Below, piece by piece: positions 59,976 through 64,000 of a DNA stretch of 64,000 nt. The stretch's first letter is position 1. The number at the start of each line of letters is the position of its first letter. Source of the DNA: Candidatus Latescibacterota bacterium (GTDB lineage: Bacteria > Latescibacterota > UBA2968 > UBA8231); the NCBI GenBank assembly GCA_965248265.1, contig CBDFJF010000002.1:288001-352000 (forward strand), read 5' to 3'. The notes under the pieces are model-generated. The model was not told the origin of the DNA. It saw only the letters and a program-made list of their open reading frames with translations, and did no database searches. The position numbers were made by a program, and so were the translations under genes.

Positions 59976-60821
59976 ATGACGGTCTGGGACACTCCCCTGG
60001 ATGACCCTCGCCTGGACGCCGCTGAGGTGCATGTTTGGCGGGCTTGTCTCGACCAGGTCCCAGATCAGGTTGCGGCCTTCAACCAAACTCTTTCAGCGGA
60101 TGAACGCGCCCGTGCTGCTCGCCTGCGCACGGAAGAGCAGCAACGCCGATTGATTACTGCGCGTGGAACACTGCGGGCGTTGGTGGGCGGGTACCTGTCC
60201 TGCGATCCCGAGCTGGTCCAACTCCTAACGGACGAGCGCGGCAAACCCTGCCTGGCGGACGAAGCCCTGGCCTTCAATCTGTCACACGCAGGATCCATGG
60301 GACTTTTCGCCTTTGCCCTACAGAGAAGGATCGGCATCGATGTGGAAAGTACCTCCCGCAGGGTTGCGGCCGACCGAATCGCCGTACGCTTTCTCGCCGA
60401 GTCCGAGGCGTCGCGGCTGGGCTCTCTGCCGGAACAGGTTCGTCACCATGCCTTCCTGCGCTGTTGGACGCACAAGGAAGCCTACTTGAAAGCCACCGGC
60501 GAGGGCATTTCCGCGGGTTCGTTGAGTCGCTTCGAGGTGTCGGTGGATCCGCGGTTGCCGGCTCGTCTCGAGCGGGTTGATGGCGCTGCGGAAGAGGCCG
60601 GGCGCTGGCGCCTGGAGGACCTGCCGCTGGAGAGCGGTGATTTCGTCGGGGCTGTCTGTGTCGAAGGCCAGGATTGGCGCCTGCGTTGCCTGGAGTTCGC
60701 GCCTAAGCCAGGATCTGCGAGCGGACGCCGCGCATGTCCATCTCGAATTCGATATCCAGGACCGGAGGATGCGCCTTGTGATAGTGCAGTCCGTGACGGC
60801 GGGCCGGTCCGAGACGATTGA
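59976..60821 (+). CDS. Sfp-type 4'-phosphopantetheinyl transferase
   Basis: GKP, FNLSH, IGIDVE and WTHKEAYLKA.G.G. Confidence 0.92.
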   Translation: MTVWDTPLDDPRLDAAEVHVWRACLDQVPDQVAAFNQTLSADERARAARLRTEEQQRRLITARGTLRALVGGYLSCDPELVQLLTDERGKPCLADEALAFNLSHAGSMGLFAFALQRRIGIDVESTSRRVAADRIAVRFLAESEASRLGSLPEQVRHHAFLRCWTHKEAYLKATGEGISAGSLSRFEVSVDPRLPARLERVDGAAEEAGRWRLEDLPLESGDFVGAVCVEGQDWRLRCLEFAPKPGSASGRRACPSRIRYPGPEDAPCDSAVRDGGPVRDD

Positions 60822-61452
60822 GAATTGTGTCCTCCACCAGCCCTTCCAGGGTGTGGACGGTGTAGACGTCGATGGCGTTGACGAGGTCCCAGCGAGCCCC
60901 CAGGCCGTCCAAACGCTGTTCCATCACCCCCATCACGTAGCTGGCCTTTTCGCGCATGGCTTCCGGATCGGTTTCTGCCAAACGGACGATGCTCTGCGAC
61001 TCGAGGATGCCATCCCGCACCTCGCCCGCGCCGGCGATGACGAAGCTCGGCTGCACGGCGTCCCCGGTACCGATGGCGTATGAAAAGGCGAACAACTCCA
61101 CCTGGGTACGGGATTCATTCGCCGGCGCCACGTTGGTGCGCGCGACCGGGTTGAGGTCACCGAGAAACAGGCCCCAGTCTCGAAGCACCGAGCAGTAGTC
61201 ATCGTTGAAGGCCGCGAAGCCGGTAAAGGATGAGGGTGCGGGTGATCGCAATTCGGCGGCGCAGAAAGCAGCGCGCGCGAGACCCTGTTGACTGAGGTAG
61301 TCATCGATGAACTCGAATCCCTGACGCCAGGGCAGCGAACGCCGCAGGGTTACACGGATGATCTCGTATTTGGGGTCAGCGATGACACCGCACGAATACG
61401 GCCCGATGCCCTTAAGAAAATGGTAGTGTCCCTGCGGATTGCTGATCAGCAC
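60703..61452 (-). CDS. CnbZ-like (aminomuconate deaminase, RidA-fold) protein
   Basis: ELRSPAP, NPVARTNV, FAFSY, FVIAGAGE and PPV.DIEFEMD.R. Confidence 0.8.
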   Translation of the reverse strand: MLISNPQGHYHFLKGIGPYSCGVIADPKYEIIRVTLRRSLPWRQGFEFIDDYLSQQGLARAAFCAAELRSPAPSSFTGFAAFNDDYCSVLRDWGLFLGDLNPVARTNVAPANESRTQVELFAFSYAIGTGDAVQPSFVIAGAGEVRDGILESQSIVRLAETDPEAMREKASYVMGVMEQRLDGLGARWDLVNAIDVYTVHTLEGLVEDTILNRLGPARRHGLHYHKAHPPVLDIEFEMDMRGVRSQILA

Positions 61453-62192
61453 GCGAACTGCTCCCTGCGGATCGCGCGCACATCTACCTCGAGCTCCAGA
61501 TCCAAGAGCGGCGGCCAGGCATGGTGCCACACGGCGCCGCGCCGGGCGGCGGGGCCGAGTTCTTCGAGGATGTCGTCGATGACACCGTCGACTCCGCGCA
61601 CGCTGTAGAGGTTGGTGCTGCTGACCGAGTCCCAGCCACCCCCCAGATCCAGCAGGCGCTGGGCCACCGTACTCATGACGAACGCTCCTTTGGTGCGCAT
61701 CGATTCGACATCCGTTTGTCCAAAGCAGACGACTCGTTCCTCGGGCGTGTTACCGTCACGGCCGTCGGCGGCGCCCGAGATCACGAAGGTGGGGACCTGA
61801 ACATCGGTAGTGGCGGTGTAGGAAAACGCGTACAACTCGGTTTTGGTCGGGGGGCTGTACATCGGAGCGACGTTCGTCCGCGCAACTGGATTGATGCCGT
61901 TAACGAACAGATCCCACTGTTTCAGTTTGTCGCAATAGGAACCGTTGAAGGCGCGAAATTCCTCACGGCTCATCGGAGCCGGAGAGCGTAACTCGAGGGC
62001 ACAGAGGGAAGCCAGGTCGAGTCCCTGTGCTTCCAAGTGTGTGCGGATGTAGTCAAATCCGTGACCCAACTCGGTCGCATTTGCGAGGGTCACGCGCACT
62101 ATTTCGTAGCCTGGATCCGCGATGACGCCCAACGAAAAGGGAGCCGCCCCCTTCAGGAAGTGATAGTGTCCACGCGGGTTGGCAATTGGCAT
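61446..62192 (-). CDS. CnbZ-like protein, tandem paralog
   Basis: Same motifs; shared N-terminal NPxGHYHFLKG. Confidence 0.8.
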   Translation of the reverse strand: MPIANPRGHYHFLKGAAPFSLGVIADPGYEIVRVTLANATELGHGFDYIRTHLEAQGLDLASLCALELRSPAPMSREEFRAFNGSYCDKLKQWDLFVNGINPVARTNVAPMYSPPTKTELYAFSYTATTDVQVPTFVISGAADGRDGNTPEERVVCFGQTDVESMRTKGAFVMSTVAQRLLDLGGGWDSVSSTNLYSVRGVDGVIDDILEELGPAARRGAVWHHAWPPLLDLELEVDVRAIRREQFAC

Positions 62193-62347
62193 GGGTTATC
62201 CTCGACAACAATCTAGTCTTGACTTTGGAAAACGAGGGATATATTGTACCAGTACAACGAGTTAAGGCTTTACAGGATAGTATGACATGAGGCCGATTTA
62301 TACAACTGTATGGCCGCTCAGGGCAACGCCGGACTGGAGGAGTTCGG

Positions 62348-63130
62348 ATGGCCGGTGAACTCAGCAGCGCGATCATTCAGGGAGGTACATCTGAAGGGAC
62401 GCCGAGGTCTGCCCGGGGTTTCGCGAACGAGCGCTCCAAGGCGCGGGTGGTGACCGGTGGTGGGGTCGGCGGTTTCGGCAGTCTTTTTGGCTCCTCCTCG
62501 CGCTCACGCAACGAGCAGGTTCGTGAACGCATGCTCAACCGCCTGCAGTCGCTGGTCGGGGGGCTCGAATCCGTGGCATCGCGCATCGCCTCGGGCAACG
62601 TTTCAAAGCGCCAGCGCACCATCCTGATGACTCGTTTCAACGATCTGCAGCGCAAGGTCAACGAACTCGACGGTATCGTCGCCGGAGAGGGCCAGGAGGC
62701 CAGCGGGAGGGCCCTCATCACCTCTGCGCCGGCGATTGCAGGCCGCCGGGGAGCGGTGCAGCCACCGGAGTTGCAGATTGGCAGCCGGGTTGAGGCTTCG
62801 TCAACGGCACAACGTCTGCGCGACTTCCAACAGAGCTTTCGCGCAGCCCGGAAGGAACGCCGCACCAGCGGTCGAGGTTCCCTGCCTCGATTCGGTGTCC
62901 TTGGCTCGGGCCAGAGCAACAACTCGGTCAGGGCTTCCGCGACGACGGGCTCGTTGCGCGATACCAGGGCCCGTGGCGGATTCAGTTCGCTCGTGGGGGC
63001 CACATCGGGCGCCACCTCGGATTCGTTGATCGGCAACTCCGCCCGTGCGCAACGTTCCGGTCAAGACCGCAGCATTCTGGCGGGTCAAAAACCAAGCACG
63101 GGTGGCTCCCTCGTAAACATCCTTGCCTAG
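62348..63130 (+). CDS. Basic R/S/G-rich hypothetical protein with a flagellin-like helical hairpin
   Basis: GGAGGAG RBS; followed by a terminator; central amphipathic helices. Confidence 0.7.
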   Translation: MAGELSSAIIQGGTSEGTPRSARGFANERSKARVVTGGGVGGFGSLFGSSSRSRNEQVRERMLNRLQSLVGGLESVASRIASGNVSKRQRTILMTRFNDLQRKVNELDGIVAGEGQEASGRALITSAPAIAGRRGAVQPPELQIGSRVEASSTAQRLRDFQQSFRAARKERRTSGRGSLPRFGVLGSGQSNNSVRASATTGSLRDTRARGGFSSLVGATSGATSDSLIGNSARAQRSGQDRSILAGQKPSTGGSLVNILA

Positions 63131-63158
63131 AAGGCAATCGATCCCCGTCACCCACTCC

Positions 63159-63182
63159 GCAGGCTGCATGCCTGCTTTTTTT
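63159..63182 (+). terminator. Rho-independent terminator
   Basis: GCAGGC-TGCAT-GCCTGC-TTTTTTT. Confidence 0.75.
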
Positions 63183-63260
63183 GTGCCGTTTTGTCGGTGC
63201 CGAGGCTGAAGTATATTCCTGCCTCTTTCCGGAGATTCCCGTACATACTGAGGCAGAAAG

Positions 63261-64000
63261 ATGGCTACGAAAAAGCGCTGCCTGATGATCGGCGCCGGTG
63301 GCATGGCTCGCAATTGGATTGATGGTTTTTTCCCTCCGTTCAAGAGACGGTCCGAAATCGTCGGTCTCGTCGATATCGACGAGAGCATCCTGCACGACAA
63401 GGCCGATCAACTGGGGCTGCCACAGCAGGCGCGGTTCACCGACTTTCGGCGCGCCTTTGCCGAGGTTGAGGCAGACTACTGCACCATCGTGACACCGCCG
63501 TGGGTTCATCGCGCCTGTGTCGAGGCGGCCTGCAAACACGGCATGGCGATTCTGACGGAAAAACCGATTGCCGACAGCTGGAAAGACGTCGCCGCCATCT
63601 ACCGTGCCGTTCGCCGAGCCAAAATAAAGTGCACGGTAATGCAGAACTACCGTTACGAACCGCCGATGTACACCTTCCGCTCGTTGCTGCGCGATGAGCG
63701 CCTCGGCCGTCTCAACTACATCATGGGCAAGTTCATGGCAGACTACCGCCGCTACGGGGCGTGGGGCCCGTTCCGTCACAAGATCCCGCATTCGCTGTTG
63801 GTGGAAGGCGGTGTTCACCACCTCGACATGCTGCGCAACCTGTCAGGTTCAAGGTGTGTCGAGATCTCCGGGTACGAGTGGAATCGCCCGTGGTCGAGTT
63901 TCAAGGGCGGGTCCAACGCCAACTACGTGATGAAGATGGCCAACGGCGTTATCGCCCACTACGAGGGCAGCTGCAGTGCTGCTGGCAAGCAGAATAACTG
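63261..64000 (+). CDS. Gfo/Idh/MocA oxidoreductase, 3'-truncated by the window edge
   Basis: Manual translation MATKKRCLMIGAGGMA...TPPWVH...LTEKPIA...HHLD; absent from the ORF track. Confidence 0.9.
   Translation, partial: MATKKRCLMIGAGGMARNWIDGFFPPFKRRSEIVGLVDIDESILHDKADQLGLPQQARFTDFRRAFAEVEADYCTIVTPPWVHRACVEAACKHGMAILTEKPIADSWKDVAAIYRAVRRAKIKCTVMQNYRYEPPMYTFRSLLRDERLGRLNYIMGKFMADYRRYGAWGPFRHKIPHSLLVEGGVHHLDMLRNLSGSRCVEISGYEWNRPWSSFKGGSNANYVMKMANGVIAHYEGSCSAAGKQNN

Noticed and set aside
62982-63821. 279-aa minus-strand ORF
   Set aside because: Antisense shadow of the truncated Gfo/Idh/MocA gene

Overview
High-GC bacterial chromosomal window of about 45 genes. I found no rRNA, tRNA, CRISPR array, transposase, integrase or phage genes. 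The gene families present (Gfo/Idh/MocA, PhyH, short RpoD-type sigma, LytR_C-rsfS-mtnA, ASH-repeat and L-domain surface proteins) suggest an FCB-group diderm such as Latescibacterota or Gemmatimonadota; this is inference only. The left half is accessory and catabolic: two paralogous unknown ~640-aa proteins around a GH-like TIM barrel, three ABC exporters (one split by an in-frame TAG), a Met-zincin and several gene remnants. The centre is regulatory: a sigma70 factor, an orphan parA, a degenerate RluA/methyltransferase fusion and two divergent sensor-less sigma54 activators. The right half holds a cell-wall operon lacking mreBC, an ASH-repeat surface protein, metabolic genes and tandem CnbZ-like paralogs. 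The best novel candidate is an unannotated ~80-nt sigma54-dependent small RNA at 36239-36317. It has a GG-N10-GC promoter, two alternative folds, a CU-rich seed and its own terminator, and its promoter matches the one upstream of a nearby activator gene. Also notable is a promoter, 3x16-bp repeat and 31-aa peptide leader at 51172-51376. All calls come from reading motifs by eye; no database searches were run.
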